DNA of 64,000 nucleotides from Planctomycetota bacterium (GTDB lineage Bacteria; Planctomycetota; UBA1135; UBA2386), in contig OZ245838.1 in assembly GCA_965228735.1 (NCBI GenBank), positions 4,416,001 through 4,480,000 on the forward strand, read 5' to 3'. The notes beneath the pieces are model-generated. The model was not told where the DNA came from, ran no database searches, and was given only the letters and a program-made list of their open reading frames with translations. The position numbers were made by a program, and so were the translations under genes. Positions 19,809-31,536 of the stretch are shown here, in pieces. The stretch's first letter is position 1. The number at the start of each line of letters is the position of its first letter.

Positions 19809-21746
19809 TCAGAGGATGTCGAGAACGCCGGACAATCCGTTCGTCAGCGTGTTGACCGGCTCCATATAGTTGCTGTCGACGGTGAGGCGGGTGTTGAACG
19901 GCAACAGTTCCTTGTCACCGATGCCGCCGAGCGCGGCGGCGACGAAGCCGCGGGCGATCTTGGTCAGGTCGCGCTTGTCGAGCAGGTCGAGGAGCGGGCC
20001 GATCGAACGGCGGTCGCGGATCCGGCCGATGCCGATCGCGAGCGCCGACAGCACGGCGACGCTGTCGCTCTGCTGCATCAGATCGACGAGGTTGGTCGAC
20101 GCCTGGCGGTCGCCGAGCTGGCCGAGGGCGATCGCGCAGCGCTGCACGAGGAACGGTCGGCGGGTGCTGCGCTTGAGCAGCTGGGTCAGGTCGTGCGACG
20201 CGGCCCGTTCTCCGAGCAGGGCGAGCGTGAGGCACAGGTAGCCCGCCGCTTCCTGGTCGGATTCGTGCTCGACGAGCAGCCGCTGCACGGCGGGTGCGGC
20301 CTGCTTGTAGCCCGTGAGCCCGAGGCTGATCGCCAGCGCCCCCATCAGGGAGTTGTCGCTGACGTCGCGCAGGTCGTCGAGCAGCATGCGGGCGATGACC
20401 TCGTCGGGCTTGTCCGCCGTGCCCCGGTCGTAGGCCTGCAGGCCGAGGGCCAGCGCGGCCCACGGCTTTTCCGTGCCTTTCCGGCCGCGGATGTAGCTCT
20501 GGACGAGGAACTCGCGGTTGCTCGGCCCGCCGATGCGACCGAGCGAGATCAGGCTGAAGAACCGGGTGCTCTGGTCGCGCGCGTCCTCCCACACGTCCCG
20601 CAGCGTCTGCGAGAACACGGCGTCGCCCGAGTGATGCTCGCTCGGCACCGCCATCATGCCGAGCGCGATCGCGCTCGATCGCAGGATCGGGTTGCCGCGC
20701 GGCTTGCGCGCCGTCAGCTCCTCGACCAGCCGCTCCTTCGCCCGCCGGTGCACGGGGCTGTTGCCGCGACCGAGCAGGCGACCGACCGCGATCGGCGCGT
20801 GCGCCTGGATCGCCTCGAAGCCGGCGCCGCGGTCCGCTTCGAACCAGGTGAACAGCTCGTCGACCGTCTGCCACAGCAAGCGCTTCTCGAGACCACGCGG
20901 TTGCAGGTCGAGGATGCCGAGTCCGGACACCGCGGCGACGTTGAGATCGCGGTCCTTCTGCTTGGGGTCGGCAAGCACGGCCCAGAGCACGTCGTGCACG
21001 TTCTGCTTGAGCTCGACGTCCGGCGCGCGCGCGGCGAGCAGACCGAGGCTGTAGCCCGCGAACGCGCGGGTGCGCTCCTTGACCTCGTCGCGTTCGACGA
21101 GCCGTCGGCCGGTCTTCTCGTCCCGCAGCAGGGACACGAGGATCGGGTACGCGGCCTTGCGCCCCGCGATGCCGAGCGCGAGCACGGCCGTCTCGCGGAC
21201 CTCCTGGTCGTCGCGCGGAATGTGCTTCTGGATCACCTCCTCGAGCACGACGCCCGGCGCATCGCGACCGATCTTGCCGAGCGCCACGAGACACGCGGTG
21301 ACGATGTCACGGTTGCGTTCTTTCTCGAGCAACGCGGCCAGCGCCGGAACGATGCGTTCGATGAGGTCCTTGTCCGTCGGCGCGAGCATGTCGAACCGCA
21401 CCTGATGCCGGCCCGCGCCGAGGTAGAAGTCGTCCGACCCGGTGACCGGCAACGATTCGCGCACCTCGCGGCCGAGCAGGAACGGCCGCTGGTTGAACTC
21501 CCACCACTGCTGCCAGCGGGTGACGCTCGGCGCGACCAGCACGTAGCCGCCGCCGGTGACCGCCGGCGTCGACGGGGCCGGCGCGGACGGCGCCGCCGGT
21601 CGGCCGGACGAACCCGGCCGGCCGATCTTCGGCACCGGCAGTTGCGGCGGCGGCCCCTGGTATTGGCCCCCGTGAGCCAGGAGAGCCGCCGAGAGCGTCG
21701 CGAACGTCAGCGCGACGCGAACCGGGGTGCGTGCGAGGAGGGCCAT
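19809..21746 (-). CDS. Secreted HEAT-repeat protein
   Basis: Signal peptide + HGGQY, WQQWWEFN motif, many VRETAVLALG / A.ALG.xG repeats. Confidence 0.88.
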   Translation of the reverse strand: MALLARTPVRVALTFATLSAALLAHGGQYQGPPPQLPVPKIGRPGSSGRPAAPSAPAPSTPAVTGGGYVLVAPSVTRWQQWWEFNQRPFLLGREVRESLPVTGSDDFYLGAGRHQVRFDMLAPTDKDLIERIVPALAALLEKERNRDIVTACLVALGKIGRDAPGVVLEEVIQKHIPRDDQEVRETAVLALGIAGRKAAYPILVSLLRDEKTGRRLVERDEVKERTRAFAGYSLGLLAARAPDVELKQNVHDVLWAVLADPKQKDRDLNVAAVSGLGILDLQPRGLEKRLLWQTVDELFTWFEADRGAGFEAIQAHAPIAVGRLLGRGNSPVHRRAKERLVEELTARKPRGNPILRSSAIALGMMAVPSEHHSGDAVFSQTLRDVWEDARDQSTRFFSLISLGRIGGPSNREFLVQSYIRGRKGTEKPWAALALGLQAYDRGTADKPDEVIARMLLDDLRDVSDNSLMGALAISLGLTGYKQAAPAVQRLLVEHESDQEAAGYLCLTLALLGERAASHDLTQLLKRSTRRPFLVQRCAIALGQLGDRQASTNLVDLMQQSDSVAVLSALAIGIGRIRDRRSIGPLLDLLDKRDLTKIARGFVAAALGGIGDKELLPFNTRLTVDSNYMEPVNTLTNGLSGVLDIL

Positions 21747-21818
21747 GGCAGGAATCTAGTCGGCGCGCGCCGCCGCGGTAACCGCCTCGGGGCCCGTTCC
21801 TGCGGTGAATCTGTGGCG

Positions 21819-22919
21819 CTAGATTTGCGTAGCGACCGCAGGTGTCCTGCTGGCGAGACGGTCGCCGTCCGGAGTCACGACGAGCGCCCGGACGAGCACG
21901 CTCCGACCAGCGATCGCGGGCCCGGACGGAAAGCGCAGCAGGGCAGAAATCCGGCCATCCGCCGGCACCTGACCGAACAGATCGACGCCGAAATTGCCCG
22001 CGATGTCGCCGAGCAGAACGGTCGGCGCGACCGGCCCGTGCAGCAACCAGGGCTCGAGGCCCGCGACCGTCTTCGGCAGCAACGGGTGGGGCCGGTCGAG
22101 CGCCAGTTCGACGACGTACCAGTGCCCACCCGAGTGCGCGGTCGCCGCGCGCAGTTCCGCATCCGCATCATCGTGCAGCCCACCGGCCGGCCCGACGCGC
22201 ACGATCACGCTGCTCGCTCGTGCCGCGGTCGGCGGCTCGACCCGCACGTTCTCGAACTCGACCTGCGACGCGTGCGACCAGGTGTCGTGACCGCCCTCAC
22301 CGTGCGCGCCGTCGAGCGCCTGCAGCACGAGTTCGTCGTCGAACCACGCGTGCAGCCGGAAGCCTTCGACCTGGAACGCGAGCTCGTGCGCGCGATCGTC
22401 GGCGACTGGGCCCGGCGCCGACCGGATGACCATGGCGTCGCCACCGAGTGCGCGCTCGAAGCGGAACTCGCCGCGCTCGCGGTCCCACACGAAACGATAC
22501 CAGTTGTCGTCGTCGCGCCGCCGTGCGACGAGGCCCCACGCCCCGCCCGAGTCCTCGGCGGTCGCCGTCGCGCGCACCATGTAGTCGCGCTGGCCGGGGG
22601 CGAGCTCGATCGGCGCTGCCGCGGTCCCGGGCGCGACCGCGATGGCCAGCGTCGACCCGGGCGGCGCGGTGACCTGCAACGAGTCGGGCTTGCCCGCCGC
22701 GTCGCGCGGAAAGTGCACGTGGTAGCCGCCCGGTGGCAGCTCGAGCGGCATCGCGCGCTGCATGCGAATCGGCGTGCCGGGCCCGATGACCCGCATGCCG
22801 CCGGCGGCGAGCCGCGGATACCAGTTGGTCGATTCCTGGGCCGCGAGCTCCGAACCCGGGGCCCAGGCCAGAAACGCGGCCGCCACGACGCAGGCGGCGG
22901 ATCTATCGGCTCTCGACAT
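21819..22919 (-). CDS. Secreted hypothetical protein with concanavalin/DUF1080-like beta-sandwich and C-terminal domain
   Basis: Signal peptide; WGLVARRRDDDNWYRF..HELAFQVEG..WFDD..VEFENVRV pattern. Start placed at ATG 22919, 7 nt after TATGAT. Confidence 0.7.
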   Translation of the reverse strand: MSRADRSAACVVAAAFLAWAPGSELAAQESTNWYPRLAAGGMRVIGPGTPIRMQRAMPLELPPGGYHVHFPRDAAGKPDSLQVTAPPGSTLAIAVAPGTAAAPIELAPGQRDYMVRATATAEDSGGAWGLVARRRDDDNWYRFVWDRERGEFRFERALGGDAMVIRSAPGPVADDRAHELAFQVEGFRLHAWFDDELVLQALDGAHGEGGHDTWSHASQVEFENVRVEPPTAARASSVIVRVGPAGGLHDDADAELRAATAHSGGHWYVVELALDRPHPLLPKTVAGLEPWLLHGPVAPTVLLGDIAGNFGVDLFGQVPADGRISALLRFPSGPAIAGRSVLVRALVVTPDGDRLASRTPAVATQI

Positions 22920-22999
22920 CGGCAGGATCATACTTCGGGTTGCCCGGTCCCGGCTGCGGCAGGTAACCTGCTCGCCCTCGAATTCGGAAACGACGCGCT

Positions 23000-25036
23000 A
23001 TGAGCTTCACCCACCAAGGCCGCACGATCGGCAAAGTCGCCGTGATCGGCTCCGGCCAGATCGGCCCGGACATCGCCCTCTACTTCACCAAGGTCCTGAG
23101 CCCGCACGGTGTCGAAACGGTCGTCGTCGACGTCAGCCAGGACGCGCTGCAGACGGGCCGAAAGAAGCTCGAGAAGAAGGTCGCGAAGGGCGTCGAGACC
23201 GGCGCGTTCTCCCCGGAGCAACAGCAGCAGATGGTCTCGGCCGTGACGTTCACGACCGACTACGACGCGATCCGCGGCGCCGACCTGGTCGTCGAGGCGG
23301 CGACCGAGAACAAGGAGCTCAAGGGCAAGATCTTCGGCCAGGTCGAAGGACTCGTGAGTGACGACGCGATTCTCGTGAGCAACTCGTCGCACCTCGAGCC
23401 CGAGGTGATCTTCGCAGCCGCGAAGACCAAGGGCCGCACCGGCGTCGTGCACTACTTCTTCCCCGCCGAGCGCAACCTGCTCGTCGAGGTCGTGCCGGGC
23501 CAGGACACTGCGCCGGCGACGACGGCCTGGCTGCTGTCGTTCTACGAGGCTATCGGCAAGGTGCCGATCGAGGTCAAGTCACGCTACGGCTACGCGCTCG
23601 ACCCGGTGTTCGAGGGCCTGTTCTTCGCGTGCGCGCTGCTCGCCGAGCGGGGCGTCGGCACGACCAAGCAGATCGACCTCGTGTGCAAGAAGACGTTCCG
23701 CATGGGCGTCGGCTCGTTCACCGCGATGAACCTCACGGGCGGCAACCCGATCACGGCAGTCGGCCTCGACAACTACACCACGAAGATCAACAGCTGGTTC
23801 AAGACGCCGGACTCGCTCAAGGAGAAGGTCGAGAAGGGCGAGAACTGGGACGTGTGCAAGCGCGGGGAGGACGTCGACGTGCCCGCCGATCTCGCGGCGC
23901 AGATCACGGACAACCTGCTCGGCGCCTACTTCGGCATCTGCGGCGAGATCGTCGACGCGGGCCTCGTGTCGATCGCGGACTTCAACATGGGCCTCGAGGT
24001 CGCGCTCGACATGAAGCCGGCGTTCTCGTTCATGAACGAGCTCGGCACGAAGCGCGCGCTCGAACTCGTCGAAGCCTACGCCGAGGCCAACCCGGGCTTC
24101 CCCGTTCCGAAGTGCATCAAGGCGCACGGCAGCAGCAACGAGCCGTTCGACATCCCGGTCGTGCTGCGTGAGGACCGCGACGGCATCGCGGTGCTGACGA
24201 TCCGGCGGCCCAAGGTGCTCAACGCGCTCGATCAGGAGGTGTTCGAGGAGATCCGCACGCGCTTCCAGGAGTGCGACGCGGACGCGTCGGTGCAGGGCAT
24301 CGTGCTCACGGGATTCGGCAAGAAGGCGTTCGTCAGCGGCGCCGACGTGAACTTCCTGGCCAGGATCGAGAACGAGCAGCACGGCGAAGAGACGTCGCGC
24401 GGCTCGCAGGTCTGCGTCGACGCCGTGCAAGCCGTCATGAAGCCGACGGTCGCCGCGCTCAACGGCCTCGCGTTCGGCGGCGGCATCGAGCTCGCGATGG
24501 CGTGCGAAACGCGGATCGCGCTCGCCGGCCTCAAGGTGCTCGCGGGGCAGCCCGAAGCCAACCTCGGCATCATCCCTGGTGCTGGCGGCACGCAGCGCCT
24601 GCCGCGACTCGTCGGCATCGAACGCGCCGCGGCGATGATGCGCACCACGCGCCCGATCGACTCGGCGACCGCGCTCGAGTACGGGCTCGTCCGCGAGCTC
24701 GTCGAACCGAACGCCGACGGTGGCCTCGTCGATCGCGCGGTCGCGCTCTGTCGTGACATGGTCACCGGCAAGGCCGACCGCTCGCGCATGGCGACCGACC
24801 CGCTGCCCGACGTCCCCGCGACGCTGCCCGACGTCGACATCGGCCACCGCAGCACGAAGGTCGACGAGATCCTCTGCGAAGCCATCCTCGGCGGCGCGAA
24901 GCTGCCGCTCGGCGAGGCCATCCCGTTCGAGGCGAAGTGCTTCGGCAAGGTCTGCGGCACCGAGGACATGCGCATCGGCGTCGACAACTTCCTGAAGAAC
25001 GGCCCGCGCAGCAAAGCCGAGTTCGTCCACCGCTGA
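23000..25036 (+). CDS. 3-hydroxyacyl-CoA dehydrogenase / enoyl-CoA hydratase fusion (dehydrogenase N-terminal)
   Basis: VIGSGQIG, VVEAATEN..LK, SNSSHL, HYFFP..LVEVV; C-terminal crotonase AFVSGAD, AFGGGIELAMAC, GQPEANLGIIPGAGGTQRLPR. Confidence 0.93.
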   Translation: MSFTHQGRTIGKVAVIGSGQIGPDIALYFTKVLSPHGVETVVVDVSQDALQTGRKKLEKKVAKGVETGAFSPEQQQQMVSAVTFTTDYDAIRGADLVVEAATENKELKGKIFGQVEGLVSDDAILVSNSSHLEPEVIFAAAKTKGRTGVVHYFFPAERNLLVEVVPGQDTAPATTAWLLSFYEAIGKVPIEVKSRYGYALDPVFEGLFFACALLAERGVGTTKQIDLVCKKTFRMGVGSFTAMNLTGGNPITAVGLDNYTTKINSWFKTPDSLKEKVEKGENWDVCKRGEDVDVPADLAAQITDNLLGAYFGICGEIVDAGLVSIADFNMGLEVALDMKPAFSFMNELGTKRALELVEAYAEANPGFPVPKCIKAHGSSNEPFDIPVVLREDRDGIAVLTIRRPKVLNALDQEVFEEIRTRFQECDADASVQGIVLTGFGKKAFVSGADVNFLARIENEQHGEETSRGSQVCVDAVQAVMKPTVAALNGLAFGGGIELAMACETRIALAGLKVLAGQPEANLGIIPGAGGTQRLPRLVGIERAAAMMRTTRPIDSATALEYGLVRELVEPNADGGLVDRAVALCRDMVTGKADRSRMATDPLPDVPATLPDVDIGHRSTKVDEILCEAILGGAKLPLGEAIPFEAKCFGKVCGTEDMRIGVDNFLKNGPRSKAEFVHR

Positions 25037-25121
25037 CCGGCAGGGGCGTGTGGTGCGTACCGGTGGTGCGTACCTGGCACCCATCACACCCTCTCTCGGT
25101 CGCGGCTGGTAGAGTGGGGGT

Positions 25122-26306
25122 ATGCGGGCCGAGCTGCGGATCGTGGGATTGGCTGCGGTCGTCGCTCTGGTGGCTGTGGCCGTGTGGTCGTGGGCCCGCG
25201 GCTCCGGAGCCGATGCCGTGGCGCCGAGCGCGACCGCGATGCCAGTGGCCCGTTCGACCGCGCCCGCGCGAGCCGTGGAGCATCCTGGCGGAGCCGATCC
25301 GCTCGACGCCGTGGCGGAGCGGGTTACAGTCGACGCGTCGGCGGGCCCCGGCCGTAGTTGGCGGCGACATCTGGGGTCGCTCGAGGTGCGGCTGACGCGG
25401 AGCAGCGGCGCTCCCGCCGCGGGGGTGAACGTGCTGCTCGCCGCGGCCGGCGCGATCGACGCGGAGGGCGAACGACCGGGGTGGATGGACGATGCGATGC
25501 CGCTCGCACAGAACGTTTCGTTCTGGCCGACGAGCACGCTGACGGCGATCGCCTCGGGGTTGCGGCGCGGGCGCACGGATGACCATGGCGTCGTGGTCTT
25601 TCCGCGGGTGCGCGCCGGCACGTACTGGCTCGAGACCGACCGCGCGTTCGGGCGGGGTGGGATTCGCGTCGCGGCGCGCCGGGAGAACGTCGCCAACGTG
25701 ACATTGCCCCGCGGGATCGACGTGCACGGCCAGGTCGTCGACGATCTCGGCCGGCCGCTGGCCGAGGTCGGGGTGAAGCTCGGCAGCTGCGAGGTCGCGA
25801 CGAGCGACCGAGCCGGGCGCTTCGCGGTTCTCGACCTGCCGCCTGGCGGCGCGCTCACGTTCGGGCTCGACGACTACGCGATGACCACGCCGCCCGTCCG
25901 CGCGGTCGACGCCTCGGAGCCGGCTCTCGTTTCGATGACCGCGCTCTTCGCCGTGCTCGAGGGCCGCGTGACGAACTCGGACGGTGAGCCAGTCCCTGGA
26001 GCCACGATCACGTCGTACTCCGAGGCGGGCCGATCCGGGCAGGGCACGACCAACGCGATGGGCTGGTACTCGACCAGGGTCCCCGCAGGCCGGTTCTCGT
26101 GGCGGGTTCGCGCCTACACCTCGGCGGCCGAGCACGGCACCATGACCGTACCGCCCGGCCGGCGCAGCCGGCTCGACGTCCAAATGACGTCGAAGTGGCG
26201 GCCGAAGTCGATGAACCTCGACGTCTACGGCCCTACCTTCCGCGCGCCGGACTCGGCCGATCCGGACGAGGTGCCGAGCTACTTCCGCCCCGAGCCCCGC
26301 AAGTGA
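25122..26306 (+). CDS. Membrane-anchored carboxypeptidase-regulatory-like (beta-sandwich) repeat protein
   Basis: N-terminal TM; GQVVDDLGRPLAEVGV, SDRAGRF, GRVTNSDGEPVPGATI, TNAMGWY repeats. Confidence 0.8.
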   Translation: MRAELRIVGLAAVVALVAVAVWSWARGSGADAVAPSATAMPVARSTAPARAVEHPGGADPLDAVAERVTVDASAGPGRSWRRHLGSLEVRLTRSSGAPAAGVNVLLAAAGAIDAEGERPGWMDDAMPLAQNVSFWPTSTLTAIASGLRRGRTDDHGVVVFPRVRAGTYWLETDRAFGRGGIRVAARRENVANVTLPRGIDVHGQVVDDLGRPLAEVGVKLGSCEVATSDRAGRFAVLDLPPGGALTFGLDDYAMTTPPVRAVDASEPALVSMTALFAVLEGRVTNSDGEPVPGATITSYSEAGRSGQGTTNAMGWYSTRVPAGRFSWRVRAYTSAAEHGTMTVPPGRRSRLDVQMTSKWRPKSMNLDVYGPTFRAPDSADPDEVPSYFRPEPRK

Positions 26307-27493
26307 CCGACCGAGCAGCGACCTCGCCTCTGCGACCCGTCGGCGCCGCGCTCGTCGCCGGCGCTCTCGCTCTGTCCGTCTGGCTGTGGCTCGGCGACGA
26401 CGACACGCCGACGCCACCTGCGCCCGCGGCGCCGGTTGCCGTGGCGAGCGAGCAACCGCCGACCGCGACGACGGCGAGCGCCGCGGCGCGCGAAGCCGCC
26501 TTGCCCGACGAGATCGGCGAGGAGATCGACCCCGCTGGCGTCCGGAACGGCACGGGCACGTTGATCGTGCGCGGGCTGCACGTCGACGGTTGGTTGCCGG
26601 CGGCCGGGCTCAACCTCGAGCTGCTCGGCGCGGGCGAGGCCCACGCCACCGGCGGGTCCGTGCGGCCCGGCAGCGGCGGCTGGCTGCACGGCCGCGACCT
26701 CGTCGACGAGTCGCTCTTCTACCCGGCTCCCGAAACCGACCGGGCGAGCTCGTCGGAACGCTCCTCGCGCGCGAACGCCGACGGGGTCGCGACGTTCCTC
26801 GCGGTGCCGGCCGGCGACTACGACCTCCTGGCCGACCGCGGCGACAGCAAGGGCTCCGTGCGGGTCGAGCCCGGCCGCACGACGCGGGTCGACTTCCTCG
26901 TGCAGCGCGGGTTCCGCTTCAAGGGTCGAGTCGTGGACGAGAGCGGGCGCGCGCTCGCCGGGGTCGAACTCATGCTGCAGGACGATGTCATCGCCCAGAC
27001 CGACGCCAACGGCTACTTCCACGCGCTCGACCTCAGCGCCCGCCATCGACTGCGCGCCCGCTTCCCCAACCACCTGATGCGAACGACGCCAGTCGATCCG
27101 GCCAAGCACATCGACAGGCCCGCGCACGTCGTTCTGAGTTCGCGCATCACGACGGTGCTCGGCAACGTGACGACCGGGTCGGGTGATCCCGTGCCCGGCG
27201 TCACGCTCACGTTCCAGACAGGCGACGGCAAGGTGCCGATGATCCGGGTGGAGACGGACCAGAACGGCCAGTTCCAGCAATGGGTTCACGTCGGTCCAGT
27301 GCACTGGCTCGCGAAGAAGCGCGGCATGGAGGTCGACTCCGGCACGCGCATGGCCGAGCTCGGCCGACCGGTTCGCATCGACGTCGTCCTGCAGGCGAAC
27401 GAAACGCAGGGCGGCAGTCCGGCGATGTCGCCCTGGTCCGACGACAGCTCACGCGACCGCCGCACGACCACGCGCCGTTTCCGCAACCGCTGA
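26303..27493 (+). CDS. Carboxypeptidase-regulatory-like repeat protein, tandem paralog
   Basis: GTG at 26303 overlaps the upstream stop (GTGA); TM anchor; GRVVDESGRALAGV, TDANGYF, TDQNGQF; shares PAAG.N..LL.A and RPG..W motifs with the upstream ORF. Confidence 0.8.
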   Translation: MTDRAATSPLRPVGAALVAGALALSVWLWLGDDDTPTPPAPAAPVAVASEQPPTATTASAAAREAALPDEIGEEIDPAGVRNGTGTLIVRGLHVDGWLPAAGLNLELLGAGEAHATGGSVRPGSGGWLHGRDLVDESLFYPAPETDRASSSERSSRANADGVATFLAVPAGDYDLLADRGDSKGSVRVEPGRTTRVDFLVQRGFRFKGRVVDESGRALAGVELMLQDDVIAQTDANGYFHALDLSARHRLRARFPNHLMRTTPVDPAKHIDRPAHVVLSSRITTVLGNVTTGSGDPVPGVTLTFQTGDGKVPMIRVETDQNGQFQQWVHVGPVHWLAKKRGMEVDSGTRMAELGRPVRIDVVLQANETQGGSPAMSPWSDDSSRDRRTTTRRFRNR

Positions 27494-27496
27494 CCC

Positions 27497-28717
<1,221 letters not shown>

Positions 28718-28724
28718 ACCGACC

Positions 28725-29801
28725 ATGATCGCGCGCCCGGCCCACCTCCCCGTGCTCGACGGGCTGCGCGCGATCGCGGTGCTGCTCGTGCTTTGGAGCC
28801 ACGTGCCGCCGCACACGCCGGGCTACCCCGAGTGGCTCCTGTGGTCACGGCTGCTCGTGGAGCCGGGCGGCTTCGGCGTGGAGATCTTCTTCGTGCTCAG
28901 CGGCTTCCTGATCACGCGGATCCTCATCGCCGAACGCGCGGCCCTTCGCCCGGTGCGCTACTTCATGGCGCGGCGGCTGCTGCGCATCTTCCCGATCTAC
29001 TACCTGCTGCTCGCGATCCTGTTCGTCGTCGACCCGCATCCGGAGTTCCTCTGGTGCGCCGTCTACCTCGGCAACTGGCTCACCGTGACCACCCCGGGAA
29101 TCGACTTCCCGCTGCAGCACACGTGGTCGCTGTGCGTCGAAGAGCACTTCTACCTGCTCTGGCCACTCGTCGTCGCGTTCACGGCGCCCCGCCGGCCCGT
29201 CGCCGTGCTGCTGATCTGGCTGCCGCTCGCGCTGGCCGCCGCGCTGTTCGTCGGTTACTGGACGACCGACCTCCGGCACGCGTTCACGGCCACCCAGCAC
29301 TGCTCCCCCATCCGCTTCTTCAGCCTCGGCGCCGGCTGCCTGCTCGCCTACGCCGAGCCCGCCCTCACCGGCAGGCCGCGCCGCATGCTCGTCGCCGCGG
29401 TGATCCTGCTCGTCCCGGGCATCGCCGCCAACAACGTCCTGCAGTTCGCCCTGTTGCCCAACTGGCTCGATCGGCCCGTGCTGCTGCCCCACCGGGCCGG
29501 CCCGGCGCTGTGGCTGCTGTCGATGACGGCGCTCGCGACCGCGGTGCTGCTCGTGTGCCTGGCCAGCAGTGCCGCGCGCTGGTCACCCCTGCGACTGCTG
29601 ACGACGTGGCCGTTCGTTGCCATCGGCCGAATCAGCTACGGGACCTACCTGTACCACCTCCCGATCTTCCGCGCCCTGCTGCGCCCGGCGCCGACCGGCG
29701 GTCGCGTGGCGCTCGCCATCGGGCTCACGTTGGTTGCCGCCACCGCTTCGTATTGGCTGCTCGAACGGCCGATCCTGCGATACGGTAGGCGGCTGCGCTG
29801 A
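28725..29801 (+). CDS. Acyltransferase-3 (OafA-like) membrane O-acyltransferase
   Basis: LDGLRAIAV, GVEIFFVLSGFLIT, RRLLRIFP, HTWSLCVEEHFY, GRISYGTYLYH. Confidence 0.93.
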   Translation: MIARPAHLPVLDGLRAIAVLLVLWSHVPPHTPGYPEWLLWSRLLVEPGGFGVEIFFVLSGFLITRILIAERAALRPVRYFMARRLLRIFPIYYLLLAILFVVDPHPEFLWCAVYLGNWLTVTTPGIDFPLQHTWSLCVEEHFYLLWPLVVAFTAPRRPVAVLLIWLPLALAAALFVGYWTTDLRHAFTATQHCSPIRFFSLGAGCLLAYAEPALTGRPRRMLVAAVILLVPGIAANNVLQFALLPNWLDRPVLLPHRAGPALWLLSMTALATAVLLVCLASSAARWSPLRLLTTWPFVAIGRISYGTYLYHLPIFRALLRPAPTGGRVALAIGLTLVAATASYWLLERPILRYGRRLR

Positions 29802-29826
29802 TCGCCCCTCAGCGTCCATCCCCGAC

Positions 29827-31473
29827 ATGCGCCTCTCCCACTTCCAAGCCGGAATTCTCTCGGTTGCGGGCCTCGCCGCCGTGGCGCCGAGCCAGATCTC
29901 GACCCGCGACCGTGGCCTGAACGACGAACAGGCCGTCGCGCGATACAAGGAGTTCATCGAGCGCGCTCCGATGATCCACCACGTGCGCGGCTGGACCTTG
30001 CTCGCGAACGTCCGCTCGGCCGATGCGCTCACGATGCTGGTGCAGGACTACGCCGAACCACCGGCCAACGCGGAGTTCTCGCGCTACATCCTGACCAATC
30101 TGCTGGCCCGCAACTTCAAGAAGGCGGAGTTCGTTCCGCGACTCGACGCCCTCCGTCGAGCGCACGACGGCCCGGGTGACATGTGGGCATGGGTCTGGCT
30201 GCTGGAGCTGAGCATCGACCGCACGGGCGACGAAGAAGCCGTCAAGCTCGCGCTCGAGCCCAAGAACGCGATGCATCGAGCCGCCGCGATCCTGGCACTC
30301 GGACGCTCGCGCAAGGGCCGGATCAAGGACGCGATCGTGCAGAACTGCGTCGAGTTCCCGCGGAAGAACGACGAGCGCTGCCTGCTGCTGGGCGCGATGT
30401 CGGGTGCACTCCACGAGCGTCGGCGTGACGTCAACGACGAGGACTACCGCGCGGCGATCGAGGCCTACATCAGTCTGCTCGACGAGTCCGTCGGCCTCGA
30501 TCACGTGAGCAAGATCCAGATGGCCCGCCATCTCCAGTGGATCCTCGGCGGCCCCGCGCTCTTCGTGCAGGCGCAGCCGTGGCTCGACATCCTCGCCCGC
30601 GGTGACGTGCAGAAGCCCAAGAAGACCGACACCAGCGCGGCGCCTTCGTTCTTCGGAATCTCGACCCAGGGCGAGCGCTTCTGCTACGTCGTCGACATGT
30701 CGGACACGATGTGCACGCCGATCTCGCCCGACGCCAAGCCGGACAACGTGCCGATCACCGGCAAGCGGCCGAAGCGCAAGAAGGGCTTCATCCCGACCGA
30801 GCGCGACCTGCCGTGGGCGCTCATCAACACGCGCTGGGACCTGGCCCGCGAACAGCTGCGCATCTCGTTGCTGCGGCTCACGGACGACAAGTACTTCTGC
30901 GTGATCGGCTTCGGCGATGAAGCCAGCACGCTCAAGTCGTGCAAGGGCATGACCCGCGCCACCAAGCGCAACGTCGACCGCGTGATCAAGGAGCTCGATT
31001 CGATCCAGCCGGGGCCGGTGAAGCGCGACGGCACGGCCCCGCACGGCACGTTGCGCGGCAAGACCAACATGCACGGCGGCCTGCGGCTCGCGTTCGGCAT
31101 GGCCCGACGAGGCCCCGTCGAAGAATTCGCCTACGTCGATTCCAAGGCCCTGACGGAAGGCTGTGACACGATCTTCCTGCTGTCGGACGGTTCTCCGTCG
31201 TGGGACGACTTCTGGCTCAAGGCGCCCAACTACGATGAGGAGAGCGGCGTCAAGACGACCGAGTATGCATCCAAGGTCGCGCCGCCGACCCACCTCAACT
31301 TCGCGGGGCCGTTCGAAGAGGAGTATTGGCTCATCCAGGACGTGGAGCGCATGAACGCGTTCCGCCGTATCCGCATGCATTGCGTCGGCCTCGGCGAAGC
31401 GAACATGCGGCTCATGAAGAACCTCGCAAAGATGGGGAACGGCGAGACGTTCTCCCGCGGCGACAAGAAGTAG
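29827..31473 (+). CDS. Secreted helical-repeat plus VWA-domain protein
   Basis: Signal from ATG 29827; PSFFGI, YVVDMSDTM (variant MIDAS), KTNMHGGL, DTIFLLSDGSP, HCVGLG. Confidence 0.8.
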   Translation: MRLSHFQAGILSVAGLAAVAPSQISTRDRGLNDEQAVARYKEFIERAPMIHHVRGWTLLANVRSADALTMLVQDYAEPPANAEFSRYILTNLLARNFKKAEFVPRLDALRRAHDGPGDMWAWVWLLELSIDRTGDEEAVKLALEPKNAMHRAAAILALGRSRKGRIKDAIVQNCVEFPRKNDERCLLLGAMSGALHERRRDVNDEDYRAAIEAYISLLDESVGLDHVSKIQMARHLQWILGGPALFVQAQPWLDILARGDVQKPKKTDTSAAPSFFGISTQGERFCYVVDMSDTMCTPISPDAKPDNVPITGKRPKRKKGFIPTERDLPWALINTRWDLAREQLRISLLRLTDDKYFCVIGFGDEASTLKSCKGMTRATKRNVDRVIKELDSIQPGPVKRDGTAPHGTLRGKTNMHGGLRLAFGMARRGPVEEFAYVDSKALTEGCDTIFLLSDGSPSWDDFWLKAPNYDEESGVKTTEYASKVAPPTHLNFAGPFEEEYWLIQDVERMNAFRRIRMHCVGLGEANMRLMKNLAKMGNGETFSRGDKK

Positions 31474-31536
31474 CCGCAGCCCCTGACGCCGGGCGGTGAC
31501 GGGGTATCCTGCGGGACCCGCTGCGACCGCCGCCCG

